Positions 11,820-23,985 of a stretch of 64,000 bases of DNA are shown in pieces (within the stretch, counting starts at the first letter, position 1; every line of letters starts with the position of its first letter). The notes beneath the pieces were generated by a model that was not told where the DNA came from, ran no database searches, and was given only the letters and a program-made list of their open reading frames with translations. This DNA comes from Leucoraja ocellata. Lineage: Eukaryota. Position numbers and translations under genes: made by a program. The stretch spans positions 310,001-374,000 of the forward strand of contig JAWMAR010000471.1 in NCBI GenBank assembly GCA_036785375.1, in the 5' to 3' direction.

Positions 11820-13652
11820 TCAGCTTCAGCAATGCCTGCTGCAGCGAGATACGTCTGCACCGCGCTTGCTGGTTGTGGTTTCCCGCCGCCTGAGAATTCT
11901 TCCCAACTTACTCAGTTTCTCTCGAGGGCGGCTTGCGGTGTCATCGGCGCAGCTGAAACCCACCGACTCCCTTACTGTGCTCCGTGTTGAGCGCAGCATC
12001 TGTTTGAACAGAATCGCCTTGTCTGTAGTCTGGAAAACACATGGATTGGGTTTAGATTTATAATGGTCAGAAATATAGTGATTAACTATGCTTTACATAC
12101 TAGCTGGCAGACCAGATAACGATCCATATATACAACCCATTCAACCGAAGTGCTATAGATAGAGCAAAGGGAAAGATACAGAGTGCAGAATAAAGTTCTC
12201 CACATTGTAGCGCATCAATTCCAGAATCAAATCCCAATGTCCACAATGGGGTCGATGTGCATCGGCCTGTACTCCACTTTATGGAGTTAAATCCTGTAGT
12301 ACCCTGCCGAAGATAGGCACAACATGCAGGTGGGACAGGGCGCATATCTGGAGAGAAGATGGGTGACGTTTCGGGTCAAGACCGAGATTCAGGAGAGAGG
12401 TGAGACTAGAGATATGGAACGGTAAGGTGTGATAACGAAAGATTAAAGCGGACGCTGGTCCAGGAAATGTCTAATATCATTGTTAGCTGGGGGGAATGCA
12501 ACAACTTGGCATTCAAACAGAAACATTAGTGCGATTATGAATGATAACGAAATTGAAAATGTATCGCTTATTGGCGACGCCGATCAACATCAGCTTCTTC
12601 ATCTGTGTGGTCCCTACTTTGGCGACATTCGCCTCGATTGGGGAACGCAATGTAGCTCATTGCAGCTGAGAGCAGTACATCGAGTCAGCAGGAGTTCGGA
12701 GACGACCCACGAGGTCACGGCGTGAACCTACAAACTCCGCACAGACAGCACCCGTAGACGGGATCGATCCCAGATTAAAGCCGACGGTGATCCAGGAAAA
12801 TTCGAATATCGGCGACGAGGATAAACATCATCTTCTTCATCTGTGTGTTCCCTACATTGGCGATATTCGGCTCGATTGGGGAATGCAATGTTGCTCCTTG
12901 CATCTGAGCGCAGTACATCGAGTCCTTTATTGCCAACGTCATCGCAGACGCGGACAAGAGGAGAGCGATTCCACACTTGCTCGTTGCTAGCACCGCGGAA
13001 GCCTGGTGCGGCTCTTATTTCTGAGTTGGTGTCAACCATGCAACACCAGCCCCAGAATCCATCCGTGGTCGGCAAAAGGAAAGGGCTCGATGAACGGAAA
13101 CGATGACGAATGAGTCTGTATAACCTATAACACATCACGTGATCCTGCGTGCCGTCTCTATGTGTTTGCAAAAACTCATTTGGCACTTCCTCCTTGCAAC
13201 AGGAAGCCCCATCTACCGCCCTCGTTGTGCAGTTTGCCAGGATACTGGTCCCAACAGGGTTCAAGTGGACACAGCTCCAGCAAATGGCTTTATGTTTTTG
13301 CTGTAGATTACATCACCCCTCATCTGTTGAGTCGGTGTAACCATCGGGTTACAGAACCAAAACGATTAGGAAAAAGGAGGGGCCGAGTGGTTCCAGTCAA
13401 TTAGAGGCCTGGGCGGACATTAGTGGCGAAGTTAACAATATTAGCCTGTACTGCCAGGTTCCAAGAGGCAGTCCACAAGCCGTAGTCCGCGCAGGGGAGG
13501 CCCAATGGGGAAATTTGCGAGAATGTGTTTGGAACAAAGGATGCTCCATATGGTCAAAAAAGAAAAAGGCACCGTACCAATCCCTGCTGTTATCTGCACC
13601 AGTCTCGACACCCCAAAGACGTACAAGTTTTGTAGGTGAACTGGAATGTTTT

Positions 13653-14625
13653 AAACATAGAATCATAGAAATTAGGTGCAGGAGGAGGCCATTCGGCCCT
13701 TCGAGCCTGCACCGCCATTCAATATGATCATGGCTGATCACCCAACTCAGTATCCCGTACCTGCCTTCTCTCCATACCCTCTGATCCTTTAGCCACAAGG
13801 GCCACATCTAACTCCCACTTAAATATAGCAAATGAACTGGCCTCAACTACCCTCTGTGGCAGAGAGTTCCAGAGATTCACCACTCTCTGTGAAAAAAGTT
13901 ATCATCTCGGTTTTGAAGGATTTCCCCTTATCCTTAAGCTGTGACCCCTTGTCCTGGACTCCCCACCATCGGGAACAATCTTCCTGCCTCTAGCCTGTCC
14001 AACTCCTTAAGAATTTTGTAAGTTTCTATAAGATCTCTCTCAATCTCCTAAATTCTAGAGAGTATAAACCAAGTCTATCCAGTCTTTCTTCATAAGACAG
14101 TCTTGACATCCCAGGAATCAGTCTGGTGAACTTCTCTGCGCTACCTCTATGGCAATAATGTCCTTCCTCAGATTTGGAGACCACAACTGCACGCAATACT
14201 CCAGGTGTGGTCTCACCAAGACCCTGTACAACTGCAGTAGAACCTCCCTGCTCCTATACTAAAATTGTTTTGCTATGAAAGCTAACATACCATTCGCTTT
14301 CTTCACTGCCAGCTGCACCTGCATGCCTACTTTCAATGATTGGTGTACCATGACACCCAGGTCTCGCTGCATCTCCCCTTTTCCTAATCGGCCACCATTT
14401 AGATAATAGTCTGCTTTCCTGTTTTTGCCACCAAAATGGATAACCTCACATTTATCCACATTATACTGCATCTGCCAAACATTTGCCTACTGACCCAGGG
14501 TATTCAAGTCACCTTGCAGTCTCCTTGCATCCTCCTCACAGCTAACACTGCCCCCCAGCTTAATGTCATCCGCAAACTTGGAGATATTGCCTTCAATTCC
14601 CTCATGCAGATCATTATATTAAATG
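13653..14625 (-). mobile_element. 5'-truncated CR1 LINE, same family as 7798-9127 but more decayed, inserted in a SINE
   Basis: Reverse complement aligns to ~8140-9127 (NVDKCEVIHFG..RDLGV..KANGMLAFI), including the tail. Confidence 0.9.
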
Positions 14626-15247
14626 TAAAATTGTCCCTCTGTGTGACGGATATTAATGATGTGCGGGGATCACTGGTAGGTGCGGACGGTGGGCCGAAGG
14701 GTCAGATTGCGCGCTGTATCTCTGAACTACACGATACAAAACTCAGTCCCTTGGGTACTGGCATCATCATCGCAAGTCTTTCTGCACCCTTCCCTGCTTG
14801 ACAACATCTTTCATATGACAAATGCGTAAAACGGAACGGTGGCCTCGTATCCTAACTTGCATCGAATCCGTTTCTTGCGATTTTTAATTGCGAATGGGGA
14901 TAATTTCTAACTCGGAGATAAATTTAAACAGAACGTACATTTTTCCAGATATTCAACGTTATCTATAATTCCTTCATTTATCCCGCCTCCTCACAGTTCC
15001 CTTTATATTATGACATCTTACAGTTCCTCATAAGGCCGAGTCGAGTGATCCCTGTTACAGCGGTGAGGATGTGAAAGAACGCTGCCCGAGTCCCAACTGG
15101 GGAGGAAGTTGAGGTAGGCGGAAGTCAGTGTCTTCCCGCCCACCGTTACCACAGCGCCACCAGCGCCAGAAGGAGAGGCGAGAACATCCGAAAGCCGCAC
15201 AGCACCAGGTCGATGACGGAAGTTCACACAGAGTTTTTCACAGGAAA

Positions 15248-15293
15248 ATGCGCGTATTTGCCATTTGGATTGTGTGGGGAGCATGCCTGATAG
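15248..15293 (+). pseudogene. Orphan family-1 leader exon; intron broken at ~15505
   Basis: MRVFAIWIVWGACLI + GT donor; no plus-strand V exon follows. Confidence 0.8.
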
Positions 15294-16329
15294 GTAAAGT
15301 CGCAGCAGTTAATCCGGCTACTTACTCCGACAGAACGTCGACCATCATTGTGAATGCGAACCGGTCTAATCTCTCCCGACATGTAAATGGAAAGCCGGGT
15401 ACTGTCTAATCGCCATCCATATGCCATGGGGAAATGAATTGGTAATGTTTCGTGTCGAAACCCTTCTTCAGGTCACCTATTCCCTTTGTCAAGAGAGGCT
15501 GGCTGTCCCACTATGATTTTGGTATGATTTTGCACACCCTTCATCCCCCTGCGCATCATAGTCCTAGCCACCTCACCCTCACCATGTTCATTTTCAATTT
15601 CGTTATCATTCATAATCGGACTAATGTTTCTGTTTTAATGCCAAGTTGTTGCCTCCCCCCCCCCCCCCCCCCCCAAGCTATCAATGATATGTACCAGCGT
15701 CGTTTTGATCTATCGTTTTCACACGTTACCGTTCCATATCTCTAGTCTCCCTCTCCCTGAATTCCAGTCTCGACTTGAAACGTCACCCATCTTCTCTCCG
15801 GATATTCCTCCTGTCCCACCTGCATTTGTGTCTATCTTCGGCCGGGGACTGCAAGATTTAACTCCATAAATTAGAATACAGGCCGGTGCACATCGACCCC
15901 ATTGTGGACATTGGGATTTGATTCTGGAATTGATGCGCTACAATGAGGAAAACGTTATTCTGCACTCTGTATCTTTCCCTTTGCTCTATCTATTGCACTT
16001 CGGTTTGAGTGGGTTGTATTTATGGATCGTTATCTGATCTGCCAGCTAGTAAGCAAAACATAGTCTATCACTGTATCTCTGACCATTATAAATCTAAACC
16101 CAATCCATGTGTTTTCCAGGCACCAGACATGCGATTCTGTTCACACCGATGCCGCCCTCAGCACGGAGCACAGAAAGGGAGTCGGTGGGTTTCTGCTGAA
16201 CCGATGACACCGCAAGCCGCCCTCGAGAGAAACTGAGTGAGTTGGGAAGGAATTCTCAGACGGCGAGAAACCACAACCAGCAAGCGCGGTGCAGACGTAT
16301 CTCACTGCAGCAGGCAAAGCAGAAGCTGA

Positions 16330-16368
16330 TGTTTTTGTATGAAGGTTTCACTGGTTTCCATCACTGTG
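16330..16368 (-). other. 23-RSS of V3
   Basis: CACAGTG + 23 + ACAAAAACA on the minus strand. Confidence 0.93.
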
Positions 16369-17415
16369 AGGCTAAAGGCGCAGTAATAAACTGCAGAGTC
16401 GCTCAGCTCCAGTCCTGATAGGGTTAAACTGACTAATTTTCTATGGGTCTGGAGCTGGAAAGAGAAGCGACCGCCTGCAAAACCGGCTTTCTCCACGTTT
16501 CCATGTGAATATTTCCTCAGTATGAACTCGGGCCTTGAGTCCGGATGATGCCGGTACCAAAGTAAGACGTAGCTCGTTTCTGCGGTATCATAGGTGCAGA
16601 TGAAAGTCACCGACTCTCCTTCTACCTTCTGTGCTGACGGCAACGATTGTGTGACGGTATCTCCATGATTGGGATCTGAAAATATATGGATTAGGTTTAG
16701 GTTTAGGTTTGTCATGCGTGCACCGAAATACGCGGAAGACCTATGTATTACATGTCATCCAAACACATCAATTGATAATATAGTTAAATACAATCAAATC
16801 AAACGCACGCTCAATAGATAGACGAAGGGAAGATAGAGAGTGCAGAATAAAGTTATTATTATTGTAGCGAATCCGTTCCAGAGACAAAGGCCAATGTCGA
16901 CACTGGGTTAGATATGCATCGCATAGTTCCCTTGCATATCGAGGCGAATCGAACATTGCAGCGGCGTATAGGTAGGGAAGGAACTGCAGATNNNNNNNNN
17001 NNNNNNNNNNNNNNNNNNNNNNNNNNNNNNNNNNNNNNNNNNNNNNNNNNNNNNNNNNNNNNNNNNNNNNNNNNNNNNNNNNNNNNNNNNNNNNNNNNNN
17101 NNNNNNNNNNNNNNNNNNNNNNNNNNNNNNNNNNNNNNNNNNNNNNNNNNNNNNNNNNNNNNNNNNNNNNNNNNNNNNNNNNNNNNNNNNNAGGCTCTCG
17201 ACCCGAAACATTACCTATACCAATTCATTTTCTCCATGGCATATGGGTGGCGATTAGATAGTACCCGGCTTTCCATTTACATGTAGGGAAATATTAGACC
17301 GTTTCGCATTCACAATGATGGTCGACGTTCCGTCGGAGTAAGTAGCCGAATTAACTGTTGCGATTTTACCTATCAGGCATGCTCCCCACACAATCCAAAT
17401 GGCAAATACGTGCAT
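16369..17415 (-). CDS. TCR alpha/delta-type V segment, family 1 (V3); leader 17415-17370, V exon 16675-16369; intron spans the gap
   Basis: Leader MHVFAIWIVWGACLI; open V exon; the leader-exon link crosses Ns. Confidence 0.85.
16992..17191. other. Assembly gap (200 N)
   Basis: Seen directly. Confidence 0.99.
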
Positions 17416-18107
17416 TTTCCCTGTGAAAAACTATTTGTGAAATTCCCTCCCCGACCTGGTGCTGTGCGGCTTTCGGATGTTCTCGCCTCTCCTGCTGGTG
17501 CTGGTGGCGCTGTGGTAACGGTGGGCGGGGAGCGACTGACTTCCGCCTACCCCAGCTTCCTGCCCAGTTGGGACTCGGTCAGCGTTCTTTCAGGTTAGGC
17601 ATGTAGTGACTGGTCCTCATCGCTGTAACAGGGAAAACGCGACTGGGCTTTTGTGGGGAACTCTAAGGCATCATAATGTAAAGGAACTATGAGGAGCGGG
17701 TCAATGCGAGATTTATAGGCTTCGTTGATTGCCTGGTGAAATGTACTTTCTGTTTAAATTTAATTCCGAGTTAGAAATGGCCCCCATTCCCACATCGAAC
17801 CGCAAGTAACGGATTCGATGCGAGATAGAAGCAAGTTAGGATGCGGGACCACCTTTAGAGTATTGCGTTCCGTTTTGCGCACTTGTCATATGAAAGATGT
17901 TGTCCAGCAGGAAAGGGTGCAGAGAAAACTTGCGATGATATTGCCAGCACTTAAGGGACTGGGTTTTCTTTTGAGATAGAGCGCGGAAACTGGCCCTTCG
18001 GTCCACCGAGTCCGCACCTACCAGTGGTCCCCGCACATCAACAATACCGTACACACACTAGGGACAATTTTACATTTTCTAACAAGCCAAGTAACCTGCA
18101 AACATGT

Positions 18108-18307
18108 GTTTAAGAAGGAACTGCAGATGCTGGAAAATCGAAGGTACACAAAAAATCTGGGGAAACTCAGCGGGTGCAGCAGCATCTATGGAGGGAAGGA
18201 AATAGGCAACGTTTCGGGCTGAAGATGGGTTTCGGCCCGAAACGTTGCCTATTTCCTTCGCTCCATAGATGCTGCTGCACGCGCTGACTTTATCCAGCTT
18301 TTTTGTG
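18108..18307. mobile_element. 200-bp fold-back (Penelope-terminal-like) insertion with 15-bp TSD
   Basis: ~75-bp inverted arms; AACCTGCAAACATGT at 18093-18107 and 18308-18322; single copy at the paralogous site 34495-34509. Confidence 0.8.
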
Positions 18308-19422
18308 AACCTGCAAACATGTACGTCCTTGAAGTGTGGGCGGAAACCCAAGATCTCAGAGCAAAACCTACGTACGTCATTTGGAGAGCGTACAAACTGT
18401 ACATACGAGCAACCGTAGTCGGGATACCCGGGTCTTTGGCGCAGTAAGGAAATAGCTATACGGTTACGTCACCGTGCCGCCGTGCCATTGAGCTACATGG
18501 TGAGGATGAGGTGGCTAGGACTTTATTCCATGATGCGTAGGGGGGTGAAGGATGTCCAAAATCATGAGAGCAATAGATCGAGTAAACGCACAGAGTCACT
18601 TGCCCCGTATAGGGGAATAGAGAACCAGAGGATATAGGTTGAAGGTGTGTGTGTGTGTGTGTGTGGTGGGGACTTAATAGGAACCAGAGGAATTTTTTAA
18701 CAGGAATCCTTTTACACAAACGGTGGTGGGTGGCTGCGTCGAGCTGCTGTGGTATGTAGTCGAGGCAGGTACCATCGTAACGTTTCCGACAGGTACATGG
18801 AAAAGATAGGCATGGAGGAATATGGGCCAAGCGCAGGCTGGTGGGATTAATGTAGATGAGACATATTGGTCGGTCGTGGGCAGGTTGGGCTGGAGAGTCC
18901 GTTCCCATGCTGTATGACTCTCTGAGTCTAACTTGGAGAAACCCCTGTTTCCCCTTCCCCTCCCCCGCTTAGGTCCCCTCGCATTCTCTCACCATCTTGT
19001 ACCCGAATTCCCCTTTGCCCCTTAAAATAACGTTTTATTTTACTGTTTCACTTTATAGGTGACAATAATAAACCAAATCTAAACTAAATTGAACGAAACT
19101 AAATCAAATGAAACCAAACTGAACTGAACGTCATGAATCTCACAGACATGATTTGGGAGCCGTTCAACGCACAATGACCTTCAGATATATACGTGTCGTT
19201 ACGTTATCTCATCATATAACACCGAGCTCCTTGGGTAACACTATTTTGCTTTTATTGCTTCCGATTTTCCCTTATAAGGGCAGTGACTCCAGCGCAGCTG
19301 TTCCGTCAACAGATAGACCCCACCCCGCTCACCGCTATTGGAGAGCCAACGGAGACACGGGGCAACAACGAGGGAGCGCTCTGATTGCCGACGGCACATC
19401 AACAACTCAGCTGATAGACACC

Positions 19423-19889
19423 ATGTGGTTCCTCATTATCTGGATGGCGTGGGGAACATTTTTGATAAGTAACAGCGACACACATGCATTTCCCCTTCTC
19501 TTTTACTTGTGAAACTGGGTATGATTCTGAGACTTTAAATCTCGCTCATCTGATATTTTTGTCCCGTTTGGATCTATTTTTACAGATCACGGCCTTGCAG
19601 ATTCTGTCACTCAGTCGCCGCCATTAGCAGTGAAGACAGAAGGAGAAGCAGTGACGTTGGAATGCACCTTCAAAACCCCGGGTGCCTACAGGATATACTG
19701 GTATCGACAGATGCCCGGCTCAGAGCCCGAGTTCACTTTACGGAAAGACAGCGATAGCTATGAACGGAAAGCGGAGTTTGCTAAAAGTCGTTTCACTGTC
19801 GAACTCCGCACCGAGAGTAAATTTATCAGGTTGACCATCTCAGATCTGGAGCTGAGCGACTCTGCAGTTTATTACTGCGCTTTGAGCCG
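19423..19889 (+). CDS. TCR alpha/delta-type V segment, family 2 (V4); leader 19423-19468, V exon 19586-19889
   Basis: MWFLIIWMAWGTFLI + A|GT donor, 117-bp intron, NHGLA-DSVTQ..TLEC..WYRQ..YYCALS. Confidence 0.92.
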
Positions 19890-19927
19890 CACAGTGATGG
19901 GAATCAGTATACACTCGTACAGAAACA
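19890..19927 (+). other. RSS of V4 (22-bp spacer)
   Basis: CACAGTG + 22 + ACAGAAACA. Confidence 0.88.
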
Positions 19928-20529
19928 CCAGGCGCATTGTGGCTCGCGCTGGAATCTAATGCAAGGCTCACACTGGTTCCTGTTCGCGGATTACTGTAAT
20001 TGTGAGAATTGTTTCCAAAGTCGTTTTTGGTACGATTTGCGCAGGTGCGCGGGTGGCTTGCTTCCTATTCGCTGAGAGCTGTCACCCTTCCGTTACTGGT
20101 CCATGTTCTTGTCTATTCTCTGCTCCGTGTCTCTCTCTCGTTACAACAGCTCCGAAATGAAAATATCGCATCCTCCCAGCTTCTCAGAAAACACGGTATT
20201 CGAAATGTTCTTTGTTCTATTCGGTTTCCAAAATTCTTTATTCAAAGTCTCCCATGAATTGTGATCATTTCCCGCTGATTACGATGATCACAGTGCCCAT
20301 AATAAGCTATTTTAGTCCAGGCTGCTAAACAGGGTTTGTCCACAGCTCCGACAGCGTCACAGACACGGGTGTGAACCTGACCTCGCCGTTGTCGTTGCGC
20401 AGTTTGCACGTTCTCCTGTTCGTCCAAATCGATCGTTATATATCGGCTAGTTGCAGAATATCTTATTCAGAATAGGGGAAACAACAACCCGAGGGCATGG
20501 GCATAACGTAGAGGGGGCGGGGGTGTTGG

Positions 20530-20545
20530 GTGTGTGTATGTATGT

Positions 20546-20598
<53 letters not shown>

Positions 20599-20599
20599 G
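20530..20599 (+). repeat. (TG)n microsatellite followed by poly-G
   Basis: Seen directly. Confidence 0.9.
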
Positions 20600-21441
20600 T
20601 GTAATAGCAACCTGAGGGGTAACCTTTTCCACACATGTAAGGAACGAGCTGCCGGAGGCAGTTGAGGCAGCGAGTATCGTAACGTTGAAGAAACATTGAG
20701 ACAGGGACATGCATTGGACAGGTTTAGAAGGATATGGGCAAAACGCAGGCTGGCGGATGTACTAAAATTCTGGAGTAACTCAGCGGGCAGGCAGCGAGAC
20801 CGAACTGACACATTAGTCAGCCCCATTGATTAACACTATCCTACACACACTGGGGACAATTTTTCACTTACACCAAGCCAATTAACCTGCATACTTGTAC
20901 GCCACAGATCTCGGAGAAAGACCCACGAGGTCACGGCGTGAAGCTACAAACTCCGTACCGACAGCACCCGTAGTCGGGATCGAACTCGGGTCTCCGGCGC
21001 TGCAAGTGCTGTAAGGCAGCAACTCTACTGCTGCGCCACCGTGGCCGCCCGGAATTTAATTTGGTTGGGTTGGAATGGTGGGCAGGATAAATAATTCACG
21101 CGAATACTTTGAGGTTTGTGAGAGCACCGTGAATGTTGGTAAATGAACACAAAGCATTTTCGCGGACAATAATAAAGATAGGCAATAAGTTAAAAAAAGG
21201 TTTCCACACGATTAAAAAAAAACCCTTCAAAATGACAAAATTGCCATCTCCTCCTTGAATAAACTGTGATCTGGTAAATGTTTGATGAAGCGGGTAGTTG
21301 ATCTCATCATTGAAACGAGATGATATAATTTCGTACCCGGCTTTCCATTTACATGTAGGGAAAGATTAGACCGGTTGGCATTCACAATGATGGTCGACGT
21401 TCCTTCGGAGCAAGTAGCTGGATTAACTGTTGAGACTTTAC

Positions 21442-21487
21442 CTGTCAGGCATGCTCCCCACACAATGCAAATGGCAAAAACGCGCAT
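21442..21487 (-). pseudogene. Orphan family-1 leader exon
   Basis: MRVFAICIVWGACLT + GT; intron truncated at ~21333. Confidence 0.78.
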
Positions 21488-23015
21488 TTCCCCCGAGAAA
21501 ACCCCTTTGAGAATGTGTCTCCTCGACCTGGTGCTCTGCGGCTTTCGGATGTTCGGAACTTGGGATGGTATTGCCAGCACCCAAGGGACTGAGTTTGTTT
21601 CGTGTAGTTCAGAGATACAGCGCGGAAACGGGCCGTTCGGCCCACCGAGTCCGCACCTACCAGTGACCCGCGCTCATCAACAATACCCAACACACACTAG
21701 GGACAATTTTACATTGATAACAAGCCAATTAACCTCCAAACATGAACGCCTTTGGAGTGTGGGCGGAAACCCAAGATCTCGGAGAAAACCCACGCAAGGC
21801 GCGGGGAGGGCGTACAAACTGTGTACAGACAATGGTTCATATTAATGCCCCACCACACACAAAGACACACAATGAAACTGTTTCCACTGGTTCTCTATTT
21901 CCCTATACGGGGCAAGTGACTCTGTGCGTTTACCAGATCTACTCCTCTCACGATTTTGGACACCCTTCACCCCCTGCGCATCATGGAATAGTCCTGCCAC
22001 CTCATCCTCAACATGTAGCACAGTAGCACGGCGGCATGGTGACGTAACGGTATAGCTACTTCCTTACTGCGCCAGAGACACGGGTATCCTGACTACGGGT
22101 GCTTGTATGTACAGTTTGCACGCTCTCGCCATGACTTGCGAGTGCTTTATCCGAGATCTTGGGGTTTCGCCCACAATCCAAACACGTACATGTTTGTAGG
22201 TTAATTGGTTTGTTATAAATACCTGGACTGTGGAACAGCATCCCTCTACCCATTAGAACAGCCCGCCCATCAACTCTTTTAAGTCTGGACTGAAAACTTA
22301 TTTCTACTCTCAAGACTTTCTTGAGGTCCTCTGAGGGAGCGCTGTATGTATGTACCTGTGTATGTATTGCTGATCTATGTACAACTGTCTGTGGCACGTT
22401 TAGTACCCGCACTAATGTAAAGCACTTTGCACAACGAGAGTTGTTTTTAAATGTGCTATAGAAATAAAATTGACTTGACTTGATCAATGTAAAATTGTCC
22501 CTAGTGTGTGCAGGGTATTGTTGATGTGCGGGGATCACTGGTAGGTGCGGACACAGTGGACCGAAGGGCCAGTTTCTAACTTGCATCTATCTCGCAGCGA
22601 ATCCGTTCCTTGCGGTTCGATGTGGGAATGGGGGTCATTTCTAACTCGGAATTAAATTTAAACAGAAAGTACATTTCGCCAGACAATCAACGTAACTTAT
22701 AAATCCCGCATTGACCCGCTCCTCATAGTTCCTTTACATGATGATACCTTAGAGGTCCTCACAAAAGCCGAGTCGAGTGTCCCCTGTTACAGCGATGAAG
22801 ACGTTTCCTTCCCCCACCCAGTCACTACATGCCTAACCTGAAAGGACGCTGACCGAGTCCCAACTGGGGAGGAAGTTGAGGTAGGCGGAAGTCAGTCGCT
22901 TCCCGCCAACCTTTACCCCAGCGCCACCAGCACCAGCAGGAGAGGCGAGGACATCCGAAAGCCGCACAGCACCAGGTCGAGGAGAGAAGTTCACAATTTC
23001 ATTTTCACAGGGAAA

Positions 23016-23946
23016 ATGCGCGTACTTGCCATTTGGATTGTGTGGGGAGCATGTCTGATAGGTAAAGTCGCAACAGTTAATCCGGCTACTTACTCCGACG
23101 GAACGTCGACCATCATTGTGATTGCGAACCGGTCTAATCTTTCCCTACATGTAAATGGAACGCCGGGTACTATCTAATCGCCATCCATATGCCATGGAGA
23201 AAATTAATTGGTATTGGTAATGTTTCGGGTCGAGAACCTTCTTCAGGTCACCAATTATTTTTGTCAAGAGAGGCTGGCTGACCCGCTGAGTTACTCCAGC
23301 TTTTCGTGTCTAACTTCGGTTTAAGTCAGCGTCTGCAGTTCCTTCCTACCTCTCAGCCGCGGCCATGTTCGAATCACCTCGATATGCAAGGGAACTATGC
23401 GATGCATATCCACCCCAGTGCCGACATTGGCCTTTGTCTCTGGAACGGATTCGCTACATAATATGAACTTTATTCTGCACTCGCCATCTCCCATTTAACT
23501 ATATATTGCACGTGCGTTTGATCTGATTGTATTTATGTATATTATCAGTTGATGTGTTTGGGTGACATGTAATACAAAGCTCTTCCGCCTATTTCGGTGC
23601 ACGCATGACAAACCTAAACCTAATCCATATATTTTTCAGATCCCAATCATGCAGATACCGTCACACAATCGCTGCCGTCAGCACATAAGGTGGAAGGAGA
23701 GTCGGTGACTTTCAGTTGCACCTATGATACCGCAGAAACGCGCTACTACTTATTTTGGTACCGGCATCATCAGGATTCAAGGCCCGAGTTCATACTGTGG
23801 AAATATTCACATGGAACCGTGGAGAAAGCCGATTTTGCAGGCGCTCGCTTCTCTTTCCAGCTCCAGACCGATAGAAAATTAGTCAGTTTAACCCTATCGG
23901 GGCTGGAGCTGAGCGACTCTGCTGTTTATTACTGCGCCTTTAGCCT
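23016..23946 (+). CDS. TCR alpha/delta-type V segment, family 1 (V5); leader 23016-23061, V exon 23640-23946
   Basis: Intact leader, splice sites and open V exon. Confidence 0.92.
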
Positions 23947-23985
23947 CACAGTGATGGAAAGCAGTGAAACCTTCATACAAAAACA
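23947..23985 (+). other. 23-RSS of V5
   Basis: CACAGTG + 23 + ACAAAAACA. Confidence 0.93.

Noticed and set aside
12540-12690. HLCGPYIGD.. as a GIY-YIG nuclease fragment
   Set aside because: Only YIG matches, there is no upstream GIY/VIY motif, and some copies contain stops; insufficient without a profile search.
20009-22586. Many 60-180 aa ORFs recurring in several units
   Set aside because: They derive from SINEs, microsatellites and antisense LINE fragments; recurrence reflects recent duplication, not coding constraint.
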